Shown here: piece by piece, positions 45,965 to 55,998 of the stretch | Numbering within the stretch: the stretch's first letter is position 1 | How the letters are laid out: every line of letters starts with the position of its first letter | NCBI GenBank assembly: GCA_937925845.1 | Contig: CALAML010000040.1 | Location: 1,463-65,462, forward strand | DNA length: 64,000 nucleotides | Origin: an uncultured Acidimicrobiales bacterium | Lineage (GTDB): Bacteria > Actinomycetota > Acidimicrobiia > Acidimicrobiales > CALAML01 | Reading direction: 5' to 3' | The notes under the pieces: generated by a model | What the model saw: only the letters and a program-made list of their open reading frames with translations | What the model was told of the DNA's origin: nothing | Databases searched by the model: none | Made by a program: the position numbers and the translations under genes

Positions 45965-47119
45965 CTAACGCTTGATGTAGGCCCGCTTGGCCACCTCTTC
46001 GAGCATCACCTCGGTGGCACCGCCACCGATTGGAATGATCCGGGCATCCCGGGCCATCCGCTCGATGGTGGACTCGCGCATGTAGCCCATACCGCCGTGG
46101 AACTGCAGGCACTCGTACATCACCTCGTTGGCCACCTCGGCCCCGAGGGCCTTCACCCCCGACATCTCCTTCACGTTGTCGACGCCCTGCTCATCGAGCC
46201 AGGCCGCGTGGTAGAGCGAAGCTCGAACAGCGTCGACCTTGGCCTGAGCCATAGCCAGACGCTGGCGAATGGTGCCCAGGTCATACAGCGTGGCACCGAA
46301 GGCCGAGCGGTTCTGGGTGTACTCCAAGGTGATGTCGATGGCTCGCTGAGCGGCGCCGATGGCCATGCCGATCAACACCATGCGCTCGTTCTGGAAGTTC
46401 TGCATGGTGGCGTAGAAGCCCCGATGCTCCTCGCCCAAGAGCCGATCATCGGCCAACCACACATCATCGAGCACCAGCTCGGCGGTATCGGAACAACGCC
46501 ACCCGTGCTTGTCGAGCTTCTTGCCCACCGTGAAGCCCGGAGTCCCGTGCTCCACGAGGAACATGGAGATGCCGTACTTGTTGTCGGGGTCGGTGCGGGC
46601 GGCCAGGATGACCAGATCGCCATAGACACCGTTGGTGATGAACGTTTTGGTGCCGTTGAGGCGCCAACCGTCGCCGTCACGAACAGCGGTGCTTCGGATG
46701 CCGGCCACATCGGACCCGGCGTCGGGCTCGCTCACGCCAATGGCCAGGATCCGTTCGCCCGAGAGGATGTCGGGCATGAACTCGGCCAGCTGAGCGTCGC
46801 TGCCGGAGTTGATCAGATGCGGGGTGGCCATGTCGGTGTGGACCAACACGGTGGCCTCAAAGCCGCCGAAGGTCGACGCCCCCAAGGCTTCGGAGAACGC
46901 CGCCGAAGCGAGCATGCCCAGCCCGAGCCCTCCATGAGCCTCGGGTACCCGCAGGCCGAACATGCCTAGGGCCCCCATCTGCTTCAGAACCTCACGCGGC
47001 ACCTGGCCCTCGGCCTCCCACGATTCACCGTGGGGCACCACCTCTTTGGAGACAAAGTCGACGGTCTGGTCATAGATCGCTTGCAACTCATCGGTCATAT
47101 AGATGTTGCGGTGGGTCAC
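45965..47119 (-). CDS. Acyl-CoA dehydrogenase (AtuD/FadE13-like)
   Basis: GVSEPDAGSDV, NGTKTFITNG, QNER, HGGMGYM, IGGGATEVM. Confidence 0.92.
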   Translation of the reverse strand: MTHRNIYMTDELQAIYDQTVDFVSKEVVPHGESWEAEGQVPREVLKQMGALGMFGLRVPEAHGGLGLGMLASAAFSEALGASTFGGFEATVLVHTDMATPHLINSGSDAQLAEFMPDILSGERILAIGVSEPDAGSDVAGIRSTAVRDGDGWRLNGTKTFITNGVYGDLVILAARTDPDNKYGISMFLVEHGTPGFTVGKKLDKHGWRCSDTAELVLDDVWLADDRLLGEEHRGFYATMQNFQNERMVLIGMAIGAAQRAIDITLEYTQNRSAFGATLYDLGTIRQRLAMAQAKVDAVRASLYHAAWLDEQGVDNVKEMSGVKALGAEVANEVMYECLQFHGGMGYMRESTIERMARDARIIPIGGGATEVMLEEVAKRAYIKR

Positions 47120-47197
47120 AGCATTCCTCCCAGAGTGATGCTTCCAGGGTAGGCGAACCGTTGCCGGCCCCGGTCAGTCGGTCGTGTCGGTAGTGGG

Positions 47198-48430
47198 TCA
47201 GCCGGCGTCGGTGCGGCGGCGGGTTTCGGCCCAGGTCAGGCCCTTTTCGAGGTTGGGCTCACGAGGTAGGCCCAGCACCATCTCGGCCACGATGTTTCGT
47301 TGCACCGCGAAGGTGCCGCCGCCAAGGGTGAGCGCGGGAGAGAACAGAAAACCGTAGTGCCAGACCGGATCCACGCCAGGGAACTGGTCGCCGCCGAGGT
47401 TGATCTCGGTGGCACCGGATGAGGCCCCTTCGGACAGCTCTCCGATGGGTCCGGAACCCTGAAGCATCCCGGCCGCACCAACCAACTCCTTCGACAGCTC
47501 CATCACGTGCTGACCGTGTTCGTCGGCCATGATCTTTTGGATCGACGCCTCCGGCCCCGGCGTCCGGCCGGCCAAGCGGGCACTGAGGGTGCGCAACCGG
47601 TTCAACCGCAACACCTCGGCCTCGATGTGAAGAGCGGCGAGGCGTTGTCGTTCCTGAGCGGTGCGCTCACCGGGCATGTTTCGTACAAGGTCCAGCAGGA
47701 TCTCGGCCGATGGTCCGGCGCCCCAGAGCGAACCGGCCGACGACAGGCTCACCCGCTCATTCGACAGCGTGACTTTGGCCAGTCGCCAGCCGTCACCCTC
47801 CTCACCAACCCGCAGGTTGGCCGGGATACGAACGTTGTCGAAGAACACCTGGTTGAACGAATGGGCCGTGGTCATATCGACAATCGGCGTCATGGTGATG
47901 CCGGGCAGATCCATCGGACAAATGAAGTACGACACGCCCCGATGCTTGGCCACATCCGGATCGGTACGGGCGATCAGAATCCCGAACTGTGACACATGGG
48001 CGCCGCTCGACCAGATCTTCGACCCGTTCACCACATACTCATCGCCATCGCGCTCGGCCCGAGTACCGAGCGCGGCGAGATCGGAGCCGGCATCGGGCTC
48101 GCTGAAGAGCTGACACCAGATCTCCTTAGCCGCCAGCATCGGCGGCAGATACCGCTGCTTCTGCTCGTCGCTTCCCGCAGCCAGAATCGTCGGGCCAGCC
48201 CAGCCGATACCGATCGGGTTGGAGGGTCGTCGGATATCGGCCCGATTCAGCTCGTCGGCAATGATCAGCTGGGTCATGGGCTCGGCCGCCAAGCCAAAGG
48301 GTTCGGGCCAGTGGGCGGCCACGTATCCGGCGTCGGCCAATTCGGTAAACGAGGGGTCGGGGTTGGCCGCGATCCACTCCCGCACTTCGAGGCGACGAGG
48401 GTCGTCTTCAGGAGGAAAGTCGAAATCCAT
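47198..48430 (-). CDS. Acyl-CoA dehydrogenase
   Basis: WCQLFSEPDAGSDL, NGSKIWSS, FNQVFFD, LSNER, GGGT..QRNIVAE. Confidence 0.9.
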   Translation of the reverse strand: MDFDFPPEDDPRRLEVREWIAANPDPSFTELADAGYVAAHWPEPFGLAAEPMTQLIIADELNRADIRRPSNPIGIGWAGPTILAAGSDEQKQRYLPPMLAAKEIWCQLFSEPDAGSDLAALGTRAERDGDEYVVNGSKIWSSGAHVSQFGILIARTDPDVAKHRGVSYFICPMDLPGITMTPIVDMTTAHSFNQVFFDNVRIPANLRVGEEGDGWRLAKVTLSNERVSLSSAGSLWGAGPSAEILLDLVRNMPGERTAQERQRLAALHIEAEVLRLNRLRTLSARLAGRTPGPEASIQKIMADEHGQHVMELSKELVGAAGMLQGSGPIGELSEGASSGATEINLGGDQFPGVDPVWHYGFLFSPALTLGGGTFAVQRNIVAEMVLGLPREPNLEKGLTWAETRRRTDAG

Positions 48431-48487
48431 GGCGGTGCTTTCGGTCGGTGGGGCTGCAGTTGGCGGTGTGGCGATGGTTTCGTGGGC

Positions 48488-50329
48488 CTACGAGGTAACT
48501 TCAGCGCCCGGGAGCAGGGCGACCGGGATGTCGACATGACGGGCCCGTAGCCATTCGCCCAGGCTTTTGGCCTGGCCGTCGGCCCGGGTTGAGGCCGCGA
48601 CCCCCTCTTCCAACAGGCCATGGATCAAGAAGTTGATCGACCAGATATTGGGCATGGGGTAGCGGTCGATGGTGAGCGTCGACGCCTCAGGCAATAGCTC
48701 GCGTAGTCGGTCGGTGGTGAGCAACGCATCCAGCCAGGCAAAGGCTTCGGCCGAGCGGGCAAACACGCCGAGGTTGGCGTTGCCCCCCTTGTCGCCCGAG
48801 CGGGCCCCGATCAGCGTGCCCAGCGGGAGGCGCTCGGTCTCGCCGGTGAGTGCTTGAGAGTTGTCGAGGGTCTCCGGTGGCGAGGGCGGGGTGAAGCCGG
48901 CCTCGGGAGCGGGTGCCACCGAATCAATCACTGTGGGTTCGGCTCCAAGCACCACCACGTTTTGGGGCACCAGATCAGCCGGCACCAAGGCGGGGCGATA
49001 GACGCCGAACGGCTTGGCCCCGCCCAGGCCGGCGGCGGTACCAAACATGCCGGGGATGGTGGCCAAGGCCAACTCGACCATAGCGTTGCCGATCGACCGG
49101 CCAACCTTACGCTCATCCGAGTCCTTCACCGTCAAGCGCCACTCCGCCACCGCCTCCTCGTTCGAGGCCGGATCAACCTTGTCGGTCCGAACCACCCGGG
49201 TAACGGCGCTGGCGAACTCTTCCTTTGGTGTGGGGCACGCTTTCCAGAAGGCGCGGTCAACCAGGTCGGCCTTGGCTTCGATGTCGAGGCCGGTAAGAGC
49301 GATGCCGACGTCGTTGCGGAAACCGCCGAGTTCGTTCATCGCCACCTTCAGGGTGGGCGGGGGAGGCTCGCCCAAGGTGCCCGAAATCGCCACCCGATCG
49401 GGCGCCACCTGATTCAGGGTCATGGTGTCGAAGCGGGCGGTCACGTCCGGGCCGAGGTAGGCCGGCGCACCGATCTCATAGAGCAGCTGCGAGGTAACGG
49501 TGCCAACGGTGACGGCACCACCGAACTCGTCGTCGTGTTTGCCGATCACGCTCGAACCATCGGCGGCGATATCGGCCCAGGGGAAACCGATGCGCTCCAT
49601 GCCCGGAATCTCGGTGAAGAAGGAATAGTTGCCGCCCGTGGCCTGGGTGCCACACTCGATCACATGGCCCGTAGCCACGGCCCCGGCCAGCGCGTCCCAG
49701 TCGGAACGCTGCCAGCCGTGGTGCCACGCCGCCGGACCACAGACCACCGCAGCATCGGTGACCCGACCAGTTACTACGATGTCGGCGCCGCGGTTCAGCG
49801 CCTCGACGATGCCCCAGCAACCCAGGTAGGCGTTGGCCGAGATGAAGCGGGATGCATCGCCGATCGGCTCTCCGGTCTCGAAGTGATCGAGATGCACCCC
49901 GGCGGCTACCAGATCATCGAGGCGATCGAGGAGATTGTCGCCACTCACATAGGCGATCGTGGGGGTGAGGCCCAGCTTGTCGGCCACCTCGGCCACCGCT
50001 TCGGCGCAATGGTCGGGGTCGAGTCCGCCGGCGTTGGTCACCACCTTGATGTTGTTGTCGAGGCAGCGACCCATCACCTGTTCCATCTGGGTCACAAAGG
50101 TGCGGGCATAACCCCCGCCGGGTCGTTTGGCCTGGGTCCGGGCCAGGATCAACATGGTGAGCTCAGCCAACCAGTCGCCGGTCAACACATCGATCGGACC
50201 GCCATCGACCATCTCGGCCGCGGCCGAGAGTCGGTCGCCGAAGAAGCCGGAGCAGTTGGCGATACGAATCGGATCGGTCCCAGAAGAGGTGGTGTCGGTG
50301 GGGGTTGCGTCGGTGTTGGTGTTGGCCAT
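48488..50329 (-). CDS. Acyclic terpene utilisation AtuA family protein
   Basis: RIANCSGFFGDR, GDWLAELTM, GHVIECG.QATGGN, ARSGDKGG, DGQAKSLGE. Confidence 0.92.
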   Translation of the reverse strand: MANTNTDATPTDTTSSGTDPIRIANCSGFFGDRLSAAAEMVDGGPIDVLTGDWLAELTMLILARTQAKRPGGGYARTFVTQMEQVMGRCLDNNIKVVTNAGGLDPDHCAEAVAEVADKLGLTPTIAYVSGDNLLDRLDDLVAAGVHLDHFETGEPIGDASRFISANAYLGCWGIVEALNRGADIVVTGRVTDAAVVCGPAAWHHGWQRSDWDALAGAVATGHVIECGTQATGGNYSFFTEIPGMERIGFPWADIAADGSSVIGKHDDEFGGAVTVGTVTSQLLYEIGAPAYLGPDVTARFDTMTLNQVAPDRVAISGTLGEPPPPTLKVAMNELGGFRNDVGIALTGLDIEAKADLVDRAFWKACPTPKEEFASAVTRVVRTDKVDPASNEEAVAEWRLTVKDSDERKVGRSIGNAMVELALATIPGMFGTAAGLGGAKPFGVYRPALVPADLVPQNVVVLGAEPTVIDSVAPAPEAGFTPPSPPETLDNSQALTGETERLPLGTLIGARSGDKGGNANLGVFARSAEAFAWLDALLTTDRLRELLPEASTLTIDRYPMPNIWSINFLIHGLLEEGVAASTRADGQAKSLGEWLRARHVDIPVALLPGAEVTS

Positions 50330-52455
50330 CAGGAACCATCCTTGTCGGCTCGGTCGTTGGAACCTTCGCCAGCATCGGTTGGTTCGAAGCGCACCAGCAC
50401 CGCACCGTTGTCGACCTGGTCACCCTCGGCTACTGGCAGTTCGGCGACCACACCGTCGGCCGGGGCGTTGATGTGATGCTCCATCTTCATTGCTTCCAGC
50501 ACCACCAAGGTCTGGCCGGCGGTCACCGTGTCGCCGACGGCGGCCCGAACCGAGAGCACCACCCCTGGCATCGGTGCGGTCAAACCACCCGCCGCCACTT
50601 CGGTACCAGGCACGGTGAAGCGGGGGATCAGCGACAGCGTGGCCGTGCCCCCGGGGTAGTCGATGAAGAGTGCATCGTCGCTCCGCGTGATCTGATGACT
50701 CGTGCGATAGCCATCGATCTCCACATCGAGGTGACAGGGAGACCATTCGTGAACCCGGGCCAGCATCGATGAAGCCGCCGACGGCGTGTCGCCAGCGTTG
50801 ATCGCGCCCGTTTCAGTCTCACCCGTGTCGCCGGTGGGGACGGGTCCACAACCGCTGATCACAAACGAACCATCACGCTGGGCCCGATAGACCACTCGGA
50901 AAGGCACGGACGCAGAATCCGATTCGCCGGTGGCGGCACCAGGCCAGTCAATCAGCACCTGCTCGTCTGGTAGCCGCCCGATACGGAACCCGGTTGGCAG
51001 GCCGGCCTGAACCCGGGCTTCGGCCCGATGGCCACCCTGAAGCCACAACGCGACAGCAACCAGCACCCGATCGCGGGTGGCTGGCGCTGGTGTTGCCATC
51101 GCCGGCGGAGCAACCCGATCGATGAAGTCGGTGGTGGTGTCGCCAGAAAGGAAAGCCGGATGCCGCAGCGTCGCCGCCAGGAAGTCCCGGTTGGTGGTTA
51201 CCCCGCCGAGGTGCAGTCGCTCGAGGGCCAGAGCCAGGCGACCGGCGGCTTCGGCCCGAGTGGGCCCGGTGGCGATCACCTTGGCCAGCATCGGATCAAA
51301 ATCCACGCCGACGACCGAGCCACGCTCCACCCCCGAATCCCAACGCACCGCGGGTTCGCTGGCCGGAGCAAAGGCATGCAAGGTGCCGGTGGCGGGAAGG
51401 AAGCCAGCCGACGGGTCCTCGGCGTACAGCCGGGCCTCGATGGCGTGGCCGGAGAAGGCGAGATCGTTCTGGCTGAAGCTCACCGGTTCGCCGTCGGCCA
51501 CCCGCAACTGCTCGCGCACGAGGTCGACCCCGGTCACCTCCTCGGTTACCGGATGCTCCACCTGGAGTCGGGTGTTCACCTCAAGAAAGAAGAACTCGCG
51601 GGAATCATCGTCGACCAGAAACTCGACCGTGCCCGCCGAGGAATACCTCATCTCGCGGGCGAGAGCCAGAGCGGCGTCGCCCATGGCGGTACGCATGGCG
51701 TCGTCGACCACAGGCGATGGCGACTCCTCGATGATCTTTTGGTGGCGCCGTTGAATCGAACACTCTCGCTCGCCGAGGTGGACGACGGTGCCGTGATGGT
51801 CGCCGAGCACCTGGATCTCCACATGGCGTGAACGAGCCACATACCGTTCCAGAAACACGCGGTCATCGCCGAAACCACTTTGGGCTTCGCGTCGGGCGGC
51901 AGCGATGGCCTCGTCCAGCTCGGTTGGCTGTTCCACCACCCGCATCCCCTTGCCGCCACCACCGGCCGCAGCTTTGATCAGCACCGGATAACCGATGCTC
52001 TCTGCGGCCTCAGCGGACGCCGTCTCCGAAGAGGGGAGGGTCGGCACCCCAGCCGCCTCGGCAATGGCTTTGGCCGCCAACTTGTCGCCCATCGACCCAA
52101 TCACCTCGGGCGACGGGCCTACCCAGCGGACACCGGCATCAATCACCGCCGTGGCGAAGGCCGCGTTCTCCGATAGGAAGCCGTAGCCCGGATGAATATG
52201 GGTCGCCCCCGTCGCGGTGGCGGCGGCGATCACCCCGTCGATGTCGAGATACCCGTTCGGCAGTCGCATCGCTTCGTCGGCTTCGGCCACAAACGGGGCG
52301 TCGGCATCGGCGTCAACAAACACCGCCACCGTGCGCATACCCATCGATCGCGCGGTCCGGAACACCCGGAGGGCGATCTCGCCCCGGTTGGCAACGAGAA
52401 GCGTCGGCGGCTGCGCACCAGTAGAGGAAGTAGTGGAGCTGGCGGAGGTGGTCAC
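50329..52455 (-). CDS. Acyl-CoA carboxylase alpha subunit (biotin carboxylase + BCCP; AccA2/AtuF-like)
   Basis: ANRGEIA, HPGYGFLSEN, GGGGKGMR, RECSIQRRHQK, EVNTRLQVEHPVTE, EAMKME. Confidence 0.95.
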   Translation of the reverse strand: MTTSASSTTSSTGAQPPTLLVANRGEIALRVFRTARSMGMRTVAVFVDADADAPFVAEADEAMRLPNGYLDIDGVIAAATATGATHIHPGYGFLSENAAFATAVIDAGVRWVGPSPEVIGSMGDKLAAKAIAEAAGVPTLPSSETASAEAAESIGYPVLIKAAAGGGGKGMRVVEQPTELDEAIAAARREAQSGFGDDRVFLERYVARSRHVEIQVLGDHHGTVVHLGERECSIQRRHQKIIEESPSPVVDDAMRTAMGDAALALAREMRYSSAGTVEFLVDDDSREFFFLEVNTRLQVEHPVTEEVTGVDLVREQLRVADGEPVSFSQNDLAFSGHAIEARLYAEDPSAGFLPATGTLHAFAPASEPAVRWDSGVERGSVVGVDFDPMLAKVIATGPTRAEAAGRLALALERLHLGGVTTNRDFLAATLRHPAFLSGDTTTDFIDRVAPPAMATPAPATRDRVLVAVALWLQGGHRAEARVQAGLPTGFRIGRLPDEQVLIDWPGAATGESDSASVPFRVVYRAQRDGSFVISGCGPVPTGDTGETETGAINAGDTPSAASSMLARVHEWSPCHLDVEIDGYRTSHQITRSDDALFIDYPGGTATLSLIPRFTVPGTEVAAGGLTAPMPGVVLSVRAAVGDTVTAGQTLVVLEAMKMEHHINAPADGVVAELPVAEGDQVDNGAVLVRFEPTDAGEGSNDRADKDGS

Positions 52456-54131
52456 AGGCGGAACACCCCGTAGCCCTCGGCGCCCCGCACCTCGTTGTTG
52501 GCCACCGCCGACAGGCAGAAGGCCAGAACCGATCGGGTGTCCCTCGGATCAATGATGCCGTCGTCGGACACCGCACCGCTGGCCACCAGGGCCAACGAAC
52601 CCTGCTCCTGTACTTCTTCAACCATGGCCACGATCTGGGCGTCCTCCTCTTCATCGAACTCAATACCTTTGCGGGCGGCCTGACCCCGACGCACCAGCGA
52701 CATCACCCCGGCGATCTGCTTCGGGCCCATCACCGCAATCTTGGCCGTAGGCCACAGGAAGGTGAAGCGGTTCCCGAAGGCTCGGCCACTCATCCCGTAG
52801 GTGCCGGCGCCGTAGGACGAACCGATGATGACCGTCAGGTGCGGCACCTTCGAGTTGGAGACCGCATTGATCATCTGCGACCCCTTCTTGATGATCCCGG
52901 CGTGCTCAAAGTCCTTGCCGACCATGTAGCCGGTGATGTTCTGGAGAAACACCAACGGGGTGTTGTCGCGATTGCACAGCTGGATGAAGTGGGTGGCCTT
53001 CTCGGCCGCCTCGGGATAGATCACGCCGTTGTTGCCGAGAATGCCGACCGGGTAGCCGTGGATCGACGCCCAGCCACACACCATCGTGGGCCCGTAACGG
53101 CTCTTGAACTCCTCGAAGCGGGAACCGTCGGCGGTACGGGCGATCACATCACGTACGTCCACCGGTTGGCGCAGATCCCGGCTCACCAACCCAAGGAGTT
53201 CCTCTGGATCATGCACTGGCGGAGCGGGGGCCAGAGTGGGCTCCGGACCCGCCTTACGCCAGTTCAGATGGCTCACCACCTCCCGACACATCCGGATGGC
53301 ATCCATCTCGTCTTCCGCGAAGTAGTCGCCCAGACCCGACACTTCGGCGTGCATCTGGGCGCCGCCGAGGGTCTCATCGTCGCTCTCTTCGCCGGTGGCC
53401 ATCTTGACCAACGGAGGCCCGGCCAGGAACACCTTCGACTGGTCCTTCACCACAATCGTGTAGTCGGACAGGCCCGGCTGGTAGGCGCCACCGGCGGTCG
53501 AGCTGCCGAACACTACCGCCAGGGTGGGGATACCGAGCTGCGACAACTCGATCATCTCGTAGAAGAAGCGGCCGGACTCGGCGAAGTGGTCGGTCTGAAT
53601 CTTGCGACCCTCACCCGGCGGTTCGACCCGAAGGTCACCACCCGCCGACTCGACAAAGCTCACATAGGGCAGCCGGTTCTCACGGGCGATCTCCAGGCCC
53701 CGCATCCACTTCTTGATCACGTACGGGGTCATGGCCCCGCCGAGAACGGTGGGATCGTTGGCCACGATCATGCACTCGGTGCCGGCGATCACCCCGATGC
53801 CCACCACAACCCCGCCCCCCATCGCATAGTCGGAGTCGTAGGCGGCCAGAGCGCTGATTTCCAGAAACGGGCTATCGGGGTCGAGGGCGTTGGCGATGCG
53901 CTCGCGTACGGGCAGCTTTCCCCGCGAGCGATGCCGAGCCATCGACCGTTCGCCGCCACCCATCGCCGCCTCATCCAGCAGGGAGTCGACCACCTCTAGC
54001 TGTTCGAGCATGTCGGACCGATTCTGGCGAAACGATTCGCTACCGGTGTCGACAGAGGAGCTGAGGGGAGGAGCCAGCAACGAGGGCCGGGATACCCCCG
54101 CACCAGCCGACGGAGAAGACGAATGCAACAT
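52452..54131 (-). CDS. Acyl-CoA carboxylase carboxyltransferase subunit (AccD2/AtuC-like)
   Basis: ANDPTVLGG, VESAGG, STAGGAY, LAGPPLVKMATGE, GSSYGAG.YGMSGR, DDGIIDPRDTR. Confidence 0.95.
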   Translation of the reverse strand: MLHSSSPSAGAGVSRPSLLAPPLSSSVDTGSESFRQNRSDMLEQLEVVDSLLDEAAMGGGERSMARHRSRGKLPVRERIANALDPDSPFLEISALAAYDSDYAMGGGVVVGIGVIAGTECMIVANDPTVLGGAMTPYVIKKWMRGLEIARENRLPYVSFVESAGGDLRVEPPGEGRKIQTDHFAESGRFFYEMIELSQLGIPTLAVVFGSSTAGGAYQPGLSDYTIVVKDQSKVFLAGPPLVKMATGEESDDETLGGAQMHAEVSGLGDYFAEDEMDAIRMCREVVSHLNWRKAGPEPTLAPAPPVHDPEELLGLVSRDLRQPVDVRDVIARTADGSRFEEFKSRYGPTMVCGWASIHGYPVGILGNNGVIYPEAAEKATHFIQLCNRDNTPLVFLQNITGYMVGKDFEHAGIIKKGSQMINAVSNSKVPHLTVIIGSSYGAGTYGMSGRAFGNRFTFLWPTAKIAVMGPKQIAGVMSLVRRGQAARKGIEFDEEEDAQIVAMVEEVQEQGSLALVASGAVSDDGIIDPRDTRSVLAFCLSAVANNEVRGAEGYGVFRL

Positions 54132-54185
54132 GGCACACACACTGCCACAACCGGCCGAACCGGGCGTACGTCAGGGCACCAACCA

Positions 54186-54237
54186 ACAAAAGTTGGGGTC
54201 GTTCGGGGTCAAACCCCAGACGACCGAAACTTTTTGT
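54186..54237. repeat. REP-like palindrome, family B
   Basis: acaaaagttggggtcgttcggggtc-a-aaccccagacgaccgaaactttttgt. Confidence 0.65.
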
Positions 54238-54277
54238 GCGCTGCAGACTCGGGGATCTGGCCGGGGTAGGGTCGGGC

Positions 54278-54805
54278 ATGGCGACACTGGTGCTCACGGC
54301 TCTTGGCAACGATCGAGCTGGATTGGTCGAGGCCTTGGCTGCGGCCGTAGCTACCCATGGGGGTAGTTGGGAACGCAGCCAGATGGCGGAACTGGCAGGC
54401 AAGTTCGCCGGAATCGTTGTGGTTTCGGTGCCCGACTCGTCGGTCGATGCGCTCACCGCCAGCCTCGATGAGATTGAACATCAGGGCCTGCTCGAGATCT
54501 CGATCGGTTCCGGCGAAGCCGACGAAGTGGTCGACGACGGTTCCGAACGGCGCCTCTCGCTCGACCTCGTTGGTCGGGACCGGCCGGGCATCATCCGCGA
54601 CATCTCCGCGGCTCTGTCGGCCAACGGAGTGAGCATCGAAGAGCTTCGCACCGAGGTGCTGAGCGCCCCGATGTCGGCCGAGGAGATCTTCGAAGCCAAA
54701 GTGGAGCTCGTGGCTCCAGCCTCGGTCGACCTCGACCGTCTCGCGGCCAGCCTCGAGTCGCTGGCCAACGAGCTGATGGTCGATATCGACTTCCGCCCAA
54801 GCTAG
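54278..54805 (+). CDS. Double ACT-domain protein (GcvR-like)
   Basis: GNDRAGLV..SQMAELAGKFAG; second ACT domain GRDRPGII. Confidence 0.85.
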   Translation: MATLVLTALGNDRAGLVEALAAAVATHGGSWERSQMAELAGKFAGIVVVSVPDSSVDALTASLDEIEHQGLLEISIGSGEADEVVDDGSERRLSLDLVGRDRPGIIRDISAALSANGVSIEELRTEVLSAPMSAEEIFEAKVELVAPASVDLDRLAASLESLANELMVDIDFRPS

Positions 54806-54879
54806 GCAATCCCCCGGAGCAAGCAGGGGGAGTATCGGCGCCCAGCGCCCAGAGGGACCTGGAAGGTTGCCGCGTTGGG

Positions 54880-55941
54880 TCAGCCGGTGATGGCGAGATC
54901 GGCGACCAGGGCGCGATGGTCGCTACCCGGGTTGGCGCGGTTTTCGAACTCGGTCACCTCGATGCCGGGTCCGACCAGGATGTGATCGATCCGCAATGGT
55001 GGGCTGAAGCGTTGGCTTCCGGCGCCCATCGGCCAGGTGCCGCCCCAGCCGTCACCTCGCTCGTTATGGGCATCACGCAGGTTGGCGCCATCAAGCAGAT
55101 TACGGAACGGTCGATGCTGCATCGTGGCGTTGAAATCTCCGAGGATCACCAGCTGCTCGTTGTCGGCGGCGGCGAAGTTCTTCAGGTCGACCAGGGCCTC
55201 GCGCCAACCGTCAAAGTCGGTCAGTGGCGTGGCCGGATGCACCGACGCGATCCTGACCCGGCGGCCCTCAACCTCGATGGTGACCACCGGTGCCAACTCG
55301 TTGTCGAGCATCACATGGGTGGTGTCCACAAACGGATACCGCGACAGGATCACCGTGCCATGCACGTTGCTGTGCCAGTGGGGCATCTCTGTTGCCAACG
55401 GGTGGGCGGCCAGCTCGTTGTGGAACCTGGCCTGCACCTCATGGAAGGTGATGACGTCGGCATCGGCGGCCGCCATCTCGTCGTAGAGGTCATTGACCTG
55501 CGGGTTGGTAAACAAGACGTTGCTGTTCAGAACCCGAAGCTTCGGCGCGTCGGCTGCCGCGGCGGAGACTGGTGAAGGTGACGGCAGCTCGGGTCGAATC
55601 CAGACCAGATGGATCAGCACCAAACCGAGGGCAGCAAGAAACAGGCCGATCCGGCGCAACCCCACGCCGGCCACCACAAACAGATAGCTCGGTAACAGGA
55701 TCCACGGCAGGAAAGTGGCGACCACGTTCCCGAGCCTTATTGAGTCGAGCCCAACCACCCGGACGGCGGCCAGGCCGTAGAGCACGATCAGAACCGCCCA
55801 CGACAGCCGCCCAAGCTCCCGGTTCACCCGGCCGCGCCGTTTTGAACGCTTGGCCGGCGCCTCCGGGTCGGTGTCGAAATCGTCGCCGGAATCCTTCGGT
55901 AGGGGCGCGCCGGAGCGAGGGGCAGGAGCTGTTACCGACAT
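54880..55941 (-). CDS. Membrane-anchored endonuclease/exonuclease/phosphatase family protein
   Basis: Three TM segments, then LNSNV, HE, LGDFNAT, RIDHIL, GSDHRAL. Confidence 0.88.
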   Translation of the reverse strand: MSVTAPAPRSGAPLPKDSGDDFDTDPEAPAKRSKRRGRVNRELGRLSWAVLIVLYGLAAVRVVGLDSIRLGNVVATFLPWILLPSYLFVVAGVGLRRIGLFLAALGLVLIHLVWIRPELPSPSPVSAAAADAPKLRVLNSNVLFTNPQVNDLYDEMAAADADVITFHEVQARFHNELAAHPLATEMPHWHSNVHGTVILSRYPFVDTTHVMLDNELAPVVTIEVEGRRVRIASVHPATPLTDFDGWREALVDLKNFAAADNEQLVILGDFNATMQHRPFRNLLDGANLRDAHNERGDGWGGTWPMGAGSQRFSPPLRIDHILVGPGIEVTEFENRANPGSDHRALVADLAITG

Positions 55942-55998
55942 CTCTTTCAGGGTAACGCTGACCTCCCACCGTTTGATCGCGGTCGATGCAGCAAACCC

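Noticed and set aside
48854-50476. Long antisense ORFs (e.g. 48854..50476+, 45665..46969+, 52839..53999+, 8922..9962+)
   Set aside because: Typical high-GC shadow frames opposite well-supported genes; no recognisable motifs.
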